Below are positions 38,553-50,935 of a DNA stretch of 64,000 nucleotides, piece by piece. Numbering within the stretch: position 1 is the stretch's first letter; each line of letters begins with the position of its first letter. Source of the DNA: Rhodosorus marinus CCMP1338. Lineage: Eukaryota > Plantae > Rhodophyta. The notes beneath the pieces are model-generated. The model worked only from the letters and a program-made list of their open reading frames with translations, had not been told where the DNA came from and made no database searches. Made by a program: the position numbers and the translations under genes. The stretch is taken from assembly GCA_029953675.1 (NCBI GenBank), contig JAMWBK010000005.1:2542001-2606000 (forward strand), written 5' to 3'.

Positions 38553-39818
38553 GACAGGTCCCTTTTCCCGAGACGTAAAAAAACAACCCGCAAGCACTGA
38601 ATCAGTTGACTACTGCCATTGCTTTCGGAGCGAAAGGAATCCACGCGATGAAGCCATACCAAACAACTGCCATATATTGGCCTACTTAACAGCATCTATT
38701 TATTAGCCCGGATCTATGCACACTTAACCCCATCCAAAGCGATTAGCATCCTCCAACGCCTCGGAAAGGCCCGCGGAGAAATTTATTAGGCCAAGCCTGT
38801 GGTCTTCTTCATCCCGTTCGCATAAGTACGTCCGAGGCTAGCTACAGGAGTCTAGTCGTGAGAAAAGTTTACTGTCTATTCTTTAGTAACTGAATTAGTT
38901 CAGTTCATACGGACCTACTGGTCTGTCCGGAACCCAAACCCATGAGGGATGCTTGTATTCTTTGTCTATGTGGAAGGATCAAAAGTCAGAATGATTCGTC
39001 CGTGTCGGATGTCAACCTCTGACAACTTTGAAGTTTGGCAGAAAGTAGTCATATGTGGAATAAGAAGAAGTCTGTCTGACATCGTCAAAGTGCGGCAATA
39101 CGAAGACTGCGGGAGATTTGACACTAGCTTTTTACCCCAAGCTTTAGGTATCCTGTGGTTGAGGCAGGAAACGGTGGCAGACCTGGATCCAGTATGTCGT
39201 TAAACTTGCATAGCTGTTCGCAAAGGTACCCATGAGGTCCGTCTCTGTATGTGAGCGTCTTGAGAAACCTGATTTCCGAAGTGCTCCGACGGATTGCTTT
39301 CATTTTCCTTGCTGCACTCGGATGTCAGCACTCCCCACTTGGATTTTGCAGAGATCTATTACCCAGGCCGCGCTCCGACGCTATTGGGATCATACAAACA
39401 CGTCATGAGATGCACAAACGAATGACGTACTCTGCAGAGCCAAATTCAGTTCTGCTCCCGCGTGCTTCCCCTGTTCCTTTCGTGTCAGACCTGACTTTCA
39501 AACCTTAAAAGTGGACGGCACAGGAGAGGGGAGAGGGTTGGAAGTTTCAAGCCCCTTTCATGAGGCTCACGTTGCACATGGGCGTGAGTCGAGCTAATCT
39601 AAAATCCTCGTCCAGACAGCAACCAAGGCGCCAGCTCTGGCGCAAGCAGTCTGCAACTCGGAAGAATCGAGGAGAATTCACTTGAAAGCAAAGCTGGTTA
39701 GTGAGAGACCACTCAATGTAGTAAACATAGTACAAAAGTCAGAACAAGGAACAAGCTTGAAAGGAATACATAAAGGCGGAGTTCCTGGAGTGGGACCTCG
39801 TGGCACCGATCTACTCGC

Positions 39819-41175
39819 TTAGGAGGACTCCTGCGGGACGGGAGTTAGCTGGAGCTTGTCATCGATGACGCTGAGTTTCCTAGTGCGAGCCTGCAGGTCT
39901 TTGCTGATCTTGTCGTTTCGGATGATTCGCTCCTGATTCACTACGTTTTCGTGGACGGAGTAGACAAAGTCGGCCGTCTGCGATTCGAGAATACCCAGCT
40001 GCTCGATTAGCCTCGCCTTCTCCATCTGAATGTCTACGAAACGATCCATCTGGTCCTGATCGTTGCAAACCATGCAGCCAGCCTCGAAAGTCTCATACTC
40101 TAGGCGCTGATAACTTAGCAGGTTTCGGAGGGCCTGTTCACATTTCTGCGTTTTCCAGAATGTCCAGAGACGAACAAGCTTTAGGGTGAAATTCTCGGCG
40201 CTCTTGATAAGCACGCAAGCAGCTTCCTAGATTGGGTTGATCCCTTACAATCTCGAGCTTGGACAGCTTCTGTTTCTGGATGCCTCTGCGCTCGGAGGAG
40301 ACCTCTTCAGGGCGATTTAGCCGAGGCGTTATGCGCTTGATGAGAATGCCCTCTGCTTTGTATTTCGGATGGAGTTCAATGTCTGGAACTGAAAGCACCG
40401 AGCTACTTCGACGATGAGTTTCGGCTAAAAACGTGACAAGCGGTGCTAATCGATGAACTGCGTGGGACATAATCAACTCAGCACCGGTTTTCTGCAGTTC
40501 CCTCAAGGTATTCAGAAGCGGATGGACTAGGGCATCGCAGTAGATGACTTCTGATGCAACGATGAAGTCGACCTGGCAATCGTAAAACAGAACAGCAGAC
40601 ATCAAAGCTTGAGTTCTTGTAGCTGTCACGGTTTCAGAGCCACCCGGATGAACCTACGTTCGGAAACTTGCACAATAATTTCGGTACATGCTCTTCAATA
40701 TACCAGTCGAGAGCCTCAACAGTCAGTGTTCCCCGAACGCTCGATATATTGCGATTAGCGTTTCGTATCAGAAGATCTGTGACTACTCCGGGGCGATCCG
40801 TAAGTATAGCGTTGGCACCCAACATGGCACAGACTGTCCCTACTAGACCAGTTCCCGAGCCAAGCTCGACGACGGTCATTCCTTTCCAGAAGGGAAAAGC
40901 TTTTCTCAGTCCCAAAAACCTACTGAAGTGCTGAGTAAAGGTGCAAACCTACCCGAAAGATCAATCGAGCCCGTCTTTTGCGCGTGCTCAAAATACTTGG
41001 AGAGCAGAATCGCACCATCCCATGTCGTCTGGCCAACGACCCTTGCTCCTCCACCTTGTTCAAACCGCAACTGGATTCCGCAGTCTGAGACGTAAGCATA
41101 GTCATCTTCGTACAGCTCCTTGGGAGTTCGATTCCTCATCATCCAGGACCGCTCTATACCTTCTCCAGCACTCAT
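39819..41175 (-). CDS. METTL21/Methyltransf_16-family protein-lysine methyltransferase with a C-terminal coiled-coil extension
   Basis: GQTTWDGAILLSKYF, VVELGSGTGLVG, ILTD, ALDW and DFIVASEVIY. A phase-0 intron at 40248-40146 joins a ~105-aa helical tail. Confidence 0.8.
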
Positions 41176-42075
41176 CTTTGGGATTCAATCCAACCCTAAT
41201 CTCAAATAGCCACGGTGCTCAGGGTTCAGATAGACCTATGAAACCAGAAACGACCTTCCGTTGACTAAGTGTATAAAATTCTATCCAAAAGTTCGAACAA
41301 AGTCCTGCTACCATCCTCCCGCTCTCATCCACACCATTGCCAACATCGGTGGTCACCATGAACACGTGTTTTTCTTCAAAAAAACAGAAAAGCCTAATGA
41401 GCCAGATGTAATGGAAAAAGCCGTTGCAAGTTTCTCTCTGCTCCTCAGCTCGGGAACGGGACCAGAGGATGAGGAAGTTTTGATCAGTACATATGAGCTT
41501 GGCAAGGTCTACTTGAATGGAGTTTAAGTACCTAATTGCTGGCCGTTGTTCGTTCAGTTTGCTACAAACCACCAGTTCGCTTTCAGAAAGCCGGGCTACT
41601 AGCAAGGCTTCGTTGGCACTGCAAACGTTAGGTTTCGAACGGCATGTTTTTCAATCCTTTTCAATAATGATTATGAACTGTCTATGTATATAACCATAGC
41701 CTCTTCACCAGTCTTAGCTGCCGTTCAATGAGCTATCCGGTTGCCGAACTCGAAGAATTCTTCCAATCTACCTACCAAAACACAACACGAACAATACGCA
41801 TTTCCAATATTAGAATGGGTATACTTATTTAAATTACTAATTTTCAAGACTGCTTAGTATAAATGAGTAATAAAAAACAAAGGCTCCTTGTTCAATCATT
41901 TAAAATATGAAATATATTTAATTTAGTTAATATATTTTCGTTACCTTCTTATTTATTTAACAAAACATTTCCCGAAAATTGGCTTCGCATTCAAATTTGT
42001 GAAATTATTTCTTTGACCTTTGTTCGGCGTGTACGACCGAGAGGGGAGAACTACCCTCGACGCAAAGAACGAGCT

Positions 42076-43945
42076 TCAAGAATAGGGGCGGCAGAGCTCC
42101 ACCACAGGGTCAAACTCAGAAGAGACTGCAAGAGCGAGCAACGCTCAAATTGATCCCCAAAGTACTCACGCACCCAGAGGACTCCAGCAGTGTCCATAAG
42201 CCGAAGACTGCAACGACTGGACGGCCTGGATCTGCCCGTTCCCATTGCAACTGTGACTTGGCTTCACAAATCTATCTGTTACCTTTGGTTGTCGCTTCTT
42301 CACCGGTTTCTAGTAATCTAGATACTCTTAGTGCGGTAAGTCTCATTGGAATGAAGTCTTCATCAGTTTGCGAAGGTGAAGATCACCCCGGGCACGTGTG
42401 GTGACCCTGTTTGTATCCTAGCTTCTCCGTACTCTCGTGGGTTCAAGCGCTGTCCTTGGAGCTGATCTCGTTTACCTTGACACCTTGGAGCCTCTCTCTC
42501 CGAACCCAAACCAGTAACTTTCAGTATCCACCACTAGAGCAGGGACTATTCCTAATCTGCTCGCACAGTAGAATCACTGGCTTCGAGAGTTGCGGCAAGC
42601 CCGGGGTCTCAGCATGATCGAATTTAGCTAGCAAATATTAACTTCAGGGCGAAGAGCGTTCGAGAAGCACGGTTAGAATGCAGGTCGCGCCTGTTTCGAG
42701 GACGTCACGTTTTCTGAAATGGGACGACGCTATCGCGCATCAAACATGCGGGGGTCAAGCTCCCCAGTTCGGCCGTACGAGATACGCTCTTGATGCAGCG
42801 TGAGGAATATTTCGTCTACTTCCTTCGTCGGATTTCCACGTGATTCTTCTATCTCTTTCGGCAGACTTTCATGATACCTGAGAGAGGACATAGAGTGCGC
42901 GGCCTTTCCTCAGCACGAAGCAGTCAGATGATGCAAGTACATTGCTTGGGAGAGTGTACCTCGTGAACAGCAAACGACCGCCTAGTTCCCTATCCAGCTC
43001 TGGAAGAGTCTCAAGCAGAGTATTGCGCTCCTCAGTTGTGCTCTTCCTTCCCATCGTACTGATCCTATCCATTAGCTAGTGGATGTATAGAGCGCAGTAG
43101 TGGGCTTGAGAGAGCTAACGGGAACTAGAGGAAGGTTATTCGAATCAAGACGTGTATGTGAACAGGCTTACCCCAGTGTTGCCCTCTAGGTATTTAGAGC
43201 TGTAAGAAACGCCTTCAACGTGATAAAAATTATGCCCTCTCGGATGCATGAACACAGGATCACCGCTGATTTGCTTCAGCCAAAGTGATAATTCAAGCAT
43301 ACCGTTGCATTTGGAATCCTTGCATTGACGAAAAAATTGGAAAAGAAAAGCAAATAAGAACAAGAGTCGAAGCGGAACTCGCTCGAACCAAGCGAGCAGT
43401 CACAATCTGCCCCTCGCAATATCGTCGACGATTGTACCTGCAACAAGTAGCGATTGGTTCGCTTCCCAATCCCTGCGAACAGCGAGAGATTTACATCTAC
43501 AACTCCAATCCTCCTCGCGGTAATGTCTGGATCGTTCGAGCGCACTTCGATACATAATACACAGTCGTCCAGGTACTCCCGGGCTCCCAATTCGGATCTA
43601 ATCTTGACAACAAAATCCATCGTGCAGTGGAATACAATTTCGTTTCCAGTGCAAGCAACTTCTGGCGTCTCGTCTTGATAAGGCTTGGCAATCTCCCTGG
43701 ACATCTATCAAAAATGACAAAAGACCCAATTTCAACCTCTGGTTGTTCACTTCCCAACCCAAGGAAACCAAATACCCGCTTGAGTCGGTTCATTGCCAAA
43801 AAGCACTCACCTTCCATCTACAGGAAAATTTTTGGTTCGTACATGGCATAGCCAGAATTTTCTGGATCGAAAGAACCACATGAAACTCCCTAATGCTCCT
43901 GAACAGTCCTCGACGTCCTAGTCCAGGGATATTCCATTCCTCCAT
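42076..43945 (-). CDS. NT-C2 (EEIG1/FAM102-type) domain protein with a low-complexity C-terminus; ends approximate
   Basis: FHVVLSIQKILAMP..FSCRWK and CVLCIEVRS..RRIGVVDVNLSLFAGIG..RYLLQ..NATV match the NT-C2 pattern. Confidence 0.7.
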
Positions 43946-44780
43946 TGTGGACCGCCCAAAGCTCTTTTTGTTGCGGATGAATCTCTGCAAAGCGAGCTTT
44001 GGTTCAACCAATTCCAACGGGACAGAAAGGGAAGCACAAACTCGCCCGCGCCCTGAACAAAGCAAAATCACTCGGGCTCTCTCTCCTTCAACTCAACAGC
44101 ACCCCAGCTGAGACGTACTAACACTTGCCGAGTGATCAACATGGAACCTGGGGAGCATGCTAATGAGATTCCGGACAATAAAAGAACCCCTTACGGGTTA
44201 CAAAAGCAATCATCGCAGGACTTTTTGGGTCTTTTATCTTTTCGGAAAAGTAGGGAAAGGGAGGGAACACACCATCCAGCGCTGACGTTGACCGTTTCCC
44301 AATAACTTTCGCGTTTCATGAATAAAATCTCAGAGCAAGTTCACGTGATGATGTGATTTTAGAACAGCTTCTTATATACAAATAGTATTCAATGAAGTCG
44401 CGAACAGCAAAACGAACAGTTCTCCTGTCCCTCTGCCTTGAAGCAGCCCTCATGAGAGGTAAACTAGCCCTGTCCAATCAAATATCAACAACAATAGCTT
44501 TGACTGTAAGTTATATTAAAATATTATAAAATATTGGTACTCAGTCAATTTTTGCTCATATATAGGCTAATGATTGGATGTATTATTCAATGCTGGATAC
44601 AATTTGTTGAAAGAAAATATTTTGATTGCAATTTAGCTAAATTCATTATTTTGGACAGCGGCATGGTTTTTTAAAAGGAATTTCTGTATATAATTGATGG
44701 AGATTCCGGTTGCGGGATTGTTGGTGGATTGGAGCTGGAGAGTTAAGACCTAGAGCGTTGGTGAGGGGAAGAAGGAAGGT

Positions 44781-45937
44781 ATGATGGGTTGGATCTTAGA
44801 TGGAAGTGGTATTTTGAAGGTACTTGACAACGGTAATCTGGGTAGCGCCCCAGATGTTCAGTCAAGATCGTCGAAGAAAGCCAACGCTATATTTGAAGAT
44901 GGTAAATTAGATGCGGGGACTGTTTTTGGGTCTCTGATCGCTGTACTAGGTGGGAGCTGAAGAAATTTTCTTCTCGAATTTTTTTCAATTGCAACAGGAG
45001 GTATTAGAAATGGGGAACACAAATACTATGAGCTCAGTATGATTAAGGCAGAAACCTCTGCAACCTGGTTCGGCATGACGACTAGAGACCGATTTGGGCC
45101 TGGGTACAAATTAAAGGGAGTTTTCTTTGGTGGTCCAGGAAACACGTCTAATGGATCAGCACTTGTCAAATCGCAGTAAGTTACGGTGGAAAACGAAGCT
45201 GTTAAAGCTTCCCTACCAAACGAAACTAAGCGAACGTTTAATGCGAACAGGTTCCACGAATCTGGGTTGGCGGAGGGAGACCTCGTAGGAATGGAAGTCG
45301 ACGTAGGAACCAAACTGAGTGTGAAGTATTTCGTGAATAACTGTTTTGTGGGAGAAGCTTTTCGTTTGGATGACTACCCCAGAGGTGAAACCCTCTTCCC
45401 AGCCGTATCCACCAGCGGCAAATCAGAATTATCCATGGGAATCAAGGACTCGCCACCTGCGACTTTGAACCGCATTCCTGAGCCATCAGGACTCACTGGG
45501 AAATGGGTACCTGATGGCGATGACTTTGGCTCCAAGTAAGTAGAAACGCCGGAGTCCTGCTTCTACATCGGGATTTGTCCACCTAGCTGAACGTACAACC
45601 CCTTCAACGACCTAGTACGCCGACACTGTGCGTGCGAAGTACGAATGATATAAATCAGTACGGAGTAAGCGCAAAGTGTGCTAATACGATGAGTACATCG
45701 GTAAACATTTCGGGAGACTCAGCTAGCGCCGGTGGAGTGATGTCAACGATGATGATGGCACCGCCTGAATGGCAAGACTCAGAGATGAAAACCATGAAAC
45801 TGTTAGGCACACTCACTCGTTTCTACCTCGATGGCGATAAGCTCAGAATCGATTCTCCAGGTGGGCCGCAGGCATTCTCTCGCGCACGTCCGGAAACACC
45901 AGCACCAACCTCCAAGGTACCCAGCTTCTCCTCTTGA
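44781..45937 (+). CDS. SPRY domain + META (HslJ/DUF306) domain protein
   Basis: Exons 44781-44901, 44998-45175 and 45251 onward encode SPRY (EGDLVGMEVD..VKYFVNNCFVGEAF..LFPAVS). The last exon encodes META-like VSAKCANTM..VMSTMMMAPPEWQDSEMKTMKLL..DGDKLRI. The junction near 45507-45650 is unresolved. Confidence 0.7.
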
Positions 45938-46750
45938 ATGCATCGTTCAAGCCAGGCAGCGGAAGCGCGTCGAGCTGCGGTTCCAGTGAACATAAGACAT
46001 GATAGTTCATCCTGAAGAAACCAAACAAAAGAATACTGTCCAAATAAACCCAAGAGACTATCAGGAGAACAGGGTGTTTTTCTGAAAGATCCATCGCATC
46101 CGATGGTGACGCAAGCTTGAACGTCGCAGGAATAAGTACTCAGAAAGTGAGAAACAAAGCACACGGACACATACGCGAGCGCGTTCTCAGGACCGTAATT
46201 GCACAAGCACAGCCGCTTCAAACCTAATTTGGGACAGATAACAATAGAAGAGATTTATATATATAGCCACATCCGAACGGGACAAAATCTTTCAATCTTT
46301 ATTTCTATATGATTGAATACAATCAAAACCTTTTTGGGAAGAAGATCTTTCATAATTAAGCAGTTAAAAGTTTTGGGTCAGATGCCTGACCACCAGCACT
46401 TTTAGGTGACAGTAAAAGCATTAAAATCTTCTAAATGAGTGAGAGCATCCCCTTTTGAGTGATCGTATTTGCTGATATTTCAATTAACGTACAATATACA
46501 ACATATTTTTCTGTTTTTTGCAGTGATCGTAAGGGGTGAATGTAGTTTACGTACTTTTTGCAGACTTAAGAGTCATAGGGTGATCTGGATGTGTGTGGAT
46601 TTTTGAGTGGTTTTGAAGGATTTTTAAGCGATGCGATAGAGGAGGGAAAGAAGGGACGGCAAGGAGGCCGAAGGGGATGCGGATGGGAGGATTTTGTGGG
46701 GGAAAGGATTGTATGAAGTTTGGAAAAGACTATTATTGTACTTGCCAGCC

Positions 46751-47461
46751 ATGCAGAGAGCTTTAGTAACTGGGAGAGGAAGGGTATTTGGGCTCATTTC
46801 TCGGGGGTTTAAGACGTCGGCGCCAGCGCAAGGTGGAGGGCTGGTGCCGGGACAAAAGCAGTGGGAAGTTAGACCCCCGCCGATGTTACCGCGGAGGTAC
46901 AATGAAGACCTGAGAAAGCTCTGGATAGCGGATGCTGAAAAGGATTTCAAGGGAGATAGAGAACTGGGCTGGGAAGACGAAGTGGATCCTTATCCACTTT
47001 CCGCGGATCAATCCAATCTGTACGGAAGTTTTGTTCCTTATGTAAGACACCTTTCCAAGCGGCATAAATAATCAGATTTCGCTTCGTGAGGACTGAAAAC
47101 GGCTGAGACTTACTCTTGCTTTCGTTTTTCCTAACCAACCACGCAGGAGTCCACCACGCCGTTGCCAAGAGCCCTGGGATTTTTCTTTATTTTTCACTTT
47201 GTGTTGCTCTCTCCAATCTTGATGGGGAAGTACTATTTCTCCAAGCCAGAGCACAAGAAAGTATACAGGCCACCTGTTGATTTGCCCTATTTGCCGGAAG
47301 CACTGGGAGGAAGGGATATAATGGAATGGAGGGACGAGTGTTGGAAGGATTTCAAGGGGAACTACTGGACGGATTTCGAGGGAGATAGTCCTCTTTTCTA
47401 CAAGAACTACACGCCGGGTGAGGTTCCTACTATGGAAGAGGCCTATCCCTATGGCTTTTAG
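46751..47461 (+). CDS. Mitochondrial complex I accessory subunit, NDUFB8/ASHI-like (2 exons)
   Basis: Basic presequence (MQRALVTGRGRVFGLISRGF), DRELGWEDEVDPYP, a single TM helix (ALGFFFIFHFVLLSPILMG) and PPVDLPYLPEALGG, which resembles the plant NDUFB8 PRVYPYDNLRVELGG. Intron about 47042-47146. Confidence 0.55.
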
Positions 47462-48159
47462 TTTTGCGCGCTTTCTGTCACAGAAGAACCCGCAGCAAGA
47501 CGAGCAAAAGAAACGGATGAATTTATTAACAGCATTGCGAAAAGAAATTCTAAATAAATAGAGTAAATTCTTGAGCCCAATTGCGTGGGAAAACTGTAGC
47601 TCCCGAATGAACTGTACATTTGGGGTGATCTTGCAACGCGCTGATGCCTCGACCGTTCACCAACGCAGACTTCAACTGAAGATTTGCTGAACTTCTTTGG
47701 GAATGGTGCTCGGTTCGACCCTACTCCGAAACTTGAATTCTTAATCGAGAATTGCGAAATCAATGCATCTGTGTCTCATAGCCTGACCGTTGTCCCCAAG
47801 GAAAAACCGCTTGCAGCAAAAAACAGCATCCACTTCGCCATGGGCAGAACTCAATCACCCTGAGTTGAGACGACGAACTTGAACTACGGAGCAACACGTC
47901 CTAAACCAGCCTGCTTTTGAGCTCAAAAGGGTCTGAAAAGCCGTTCAACGATGAAAGGGACAGTCATCGGATAACGAAGACGCTGGTTCGCTTCATTTTT
48001 CCTGTTGGTTCGAGTTGATCGAGAGCGTAGAAAAGGCAATCGGCAGTGATAGTGTGCTTTGAGGTAGGCCAAAGGGGATGAGGCAGGCTCTCCGTTGATA
48101 CAGGAGCCTGAATTTGGAATGGAAAGAATACCTAAGCTATGGTTAAGAAAGAGGGAGAG

Positions 48160-49102
48160 ATGATGACAACAGAGGACTCTGGTAAGTTGAATTTTAAATC
48201 GGGAGGGAAGAGTTGAACAGCTGCAGTGCTTACTGTTTGGGTTTGTGAGCTTGTACGCTTGTTCGTGTCTGAACGAGGATTCATGGCTTTGATTTCGTTT
48301 TGGCTTTGGGAAAGTAGCAGCCAGCGGTGAATCGTCTTCAGCGGCGGAAGCTTGGCGGGGACTGGAAACCTCAGAGGACGTTGCAAACTGGTTGAGGGAA
48401 TTGGGCAAGGACGAGTACATCAGTACTTTCGTGTCGAACGAGATCAATGGTGAAATTCTTGCAAGCTTGACTTCTGAGGAGCTCCGAGATGACCTCGGGG
48501 TCATCAACTTGAAGCATAGGAGGGAAATATTTACTGCGATAAAAAGCATTGGTAAGTTCAACGCTTGTTCCTCTGGCAAACTTTCGCTGTCTTATTTGAC
48601 CAGTATCGATTATTCTTGCTTCTTGGCTCCAGGTGGAATGAAGAAAGTGGAGGACATGCTTCCAGAGCATGGGAGAATCTTGGATCATCTGTCCAACGTT
48701 AGAACCTTTCATTCCTGGGTAAGAGTTGGCGTGCAGCTGTTGGCCTTTGCGCTAGTAAGCCTGCGCCTCTTCCCAACGTGGAGGGACAACAGAAATTTGA
48801 TCACCGGATGCTCGTTGTATTATAGTTGTGTCGGAGCATTCGCGATTTTGGTATGATGGTTTCTTTCCTTTCGACAGAGTTCGCTTGTTAAGTCGTCTTC
48901 TAAGGGGCTAGTCTTATGTTCTGGACAGTATGGGCTAGGTCGGTACGCGCTGGTCGTAAAGTGGATAGAAGAGTCGGGAGTGAAGACACCGAAATACCAT
49001 CCAGATAAAATCGGTGTCGCTGTGATGTTGGTATTAGTGCTGGTCGCTACTGCGCTTACTCTGTATATAATCTCGCTGGACGCAACCCCTATCAGACCTT
49101 GA
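48160..49102 (+). CDS. SAM domain + DUF202 (YidH/VTC1-like, 3 TM) membrane protein
   Basis: SAM: TSEDVANWLRELGKDEYISTFVSNEINGEILASLTSEELRDDLGVINLKHRREIFTAI. DUF202: DHLSNVRTFHSWVRVGVQLLAF followed by hydrophobic helices. GT-AG introns join the pieces. Confidence 0.8.
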
Positions 49103-50583
49103 CATCTCACTCCGTCGGGATTGGACTGGGGGCGAGAATCGAAGCATCTTTGTGCCAAAGGCCCAACAACCTTAAAGCCGATAAAAAGATTAAAAACCGC
49201 AAGAACCCACCCCAGGCCAGCGCTCACTGAACCCTCACTGTTTCTCATGGCTTTTAATTCACACGAATCAAGAAACGGGTCCTCACTCGTGATTTCATTT
49301 TTAGCCAGGAAGTGTGCACGTCCCATACCAGAAGACAACTGCGCCGGAAGGTCCACGATCCGTACAGTCCCCAGTGGACTCCCTCATCGCACTCAAGAAG
49401 AGGTCCAAAAGCTGTTGCAATACCGGTTGGAACGACATACTGTCGGTCATATCATTCCAACCTACGTACAGATCTGATTTTAATGCAATCCCGCCTAAGA
49501 ACACCACCCGAAATGGCTGCAGTCATAGAAAGTCTCCCAAGCGTTCTACCAGAACAACCCTAATCGGAACGGCTCCCATGCGTCCCACCCTGCTATCCAC
49601 AACCCTAATCGCAAACGCCACCCCACATTCCAAAACACGTTTAGCAACGTAACCGATGCAAAAAGACGCTGCCGCTGCTGAACGGAAAGATTAAAAAAAA
49701 CATTTATTCCTCCCTACTGCTTTTTACCCAATAGCTAACAATGCTATTAAATATCATCGAAATAATTAGGCCCCTTTTTTTTATTCATTTAGACTCGTGG
49801 TCATGGAAATCCGCCCCTGGATGATTTAACATGTTCATTTACAAAACCCTCTCTTAACAGTAATCAGCTAACCTTTTCATGCAATTGAATAAATATTCTT
49901 GAGGGGATCGGAGCAACTGCGTTCTAGGCTACAAATAGTATGCTCCCACGTGTCATTGTATCTAATCAATAAGACGCACTTTCCTTGCACGTGCACGTGG
50001 GTTTTCGATCGGTCTACGCTTTGACGTGTTCTGTTGACCAAGTATCTACGGGGTATGAAAGAAAATAGTAAAACCGTACTAGGGAGTATTAATAATATAA
50101 TATAAAAATATCCGTACTTAGTACGGCTGTCAAGTTTCTGCAGACCTTACCATACCCCTCTATTCACCAATAAAACCTGTGCCTAGCAACTAAACGGTTC
50201 GAAAGTTTCAAAAATATTGATAAGTTTATCGTTTGCGCTATTGTGCCTTCTTTTTAGAAAGGATTTTGTTCTCCATAGTTCTTATTTTGAGAACCCTAAA
50301 CGGATGGATAAAAACGGCCAAGACTTACAAGGTCATTATATGCCTCTAATTATTTTATTTATACGTTATATACGTATTTGGAAGCAATCTATAGGGGTCA
50401 CATAAGACCACAAAGTTTTAGAGAGGTCTTCTTTTTCTGAAGATGGATGGTGGTGGTAACGTCCTAACTGGTGTTGACGAACGTGTTGGTTTTGTCGAGG
50501 TTCACCGATGAGAGCAGTTGGAGATGAAGAGGTCCTTCCCAAGTGGAGATGATGTAGGATAAACTACATATTTTTAGATAGAT

Positions 50584-50632
50584 AGAGAGAGAGAGAGAGA
50601 GGGAGAGAGAGAGAGAGAGAAGGAGAGAGAAG
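50584..50632. repeat. (GA)n microsatellite upstream of the B12D-like gene
   Basis: Interrupted AGAGAG run read directly from the sequence. Confidence 0.9.
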
Positions 50633-50935
50633 GAGGGGGTGGTAGAAAGAGAGGGAGGGAGAAAGCGTTAGCAATTTAAGGGATCTGAGAATCTATTGAA
50701 TTGGGAGACTGTTTGCTTCTTCTTTTTTCTCGGAAGGGGTTTTATCTATGCGATTGATCTTTGATCGTTGAATTTGTTGGGCTCTCTTGGGGTGGGTGAG
50801 GTGCGGCGGAGGGTGGGGAGGAGTTAGCGATTGACCCTTGAAGACGTCGTCAAGGCTTGTGTTTTTGAGGAGGAAAGAACTGTTTGTTTGTATTCTATAT
50901 GCTTTTAAGTCGGCCATAGGTGGCACTAGCACATT

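Noticed and set aside
45010-45042. MGNTNT N-myristoylation start for the SPRY protein
   Set aside because: This frame stops after 10 codons. The coding frame is a different one spliced from the ATG at 44781.
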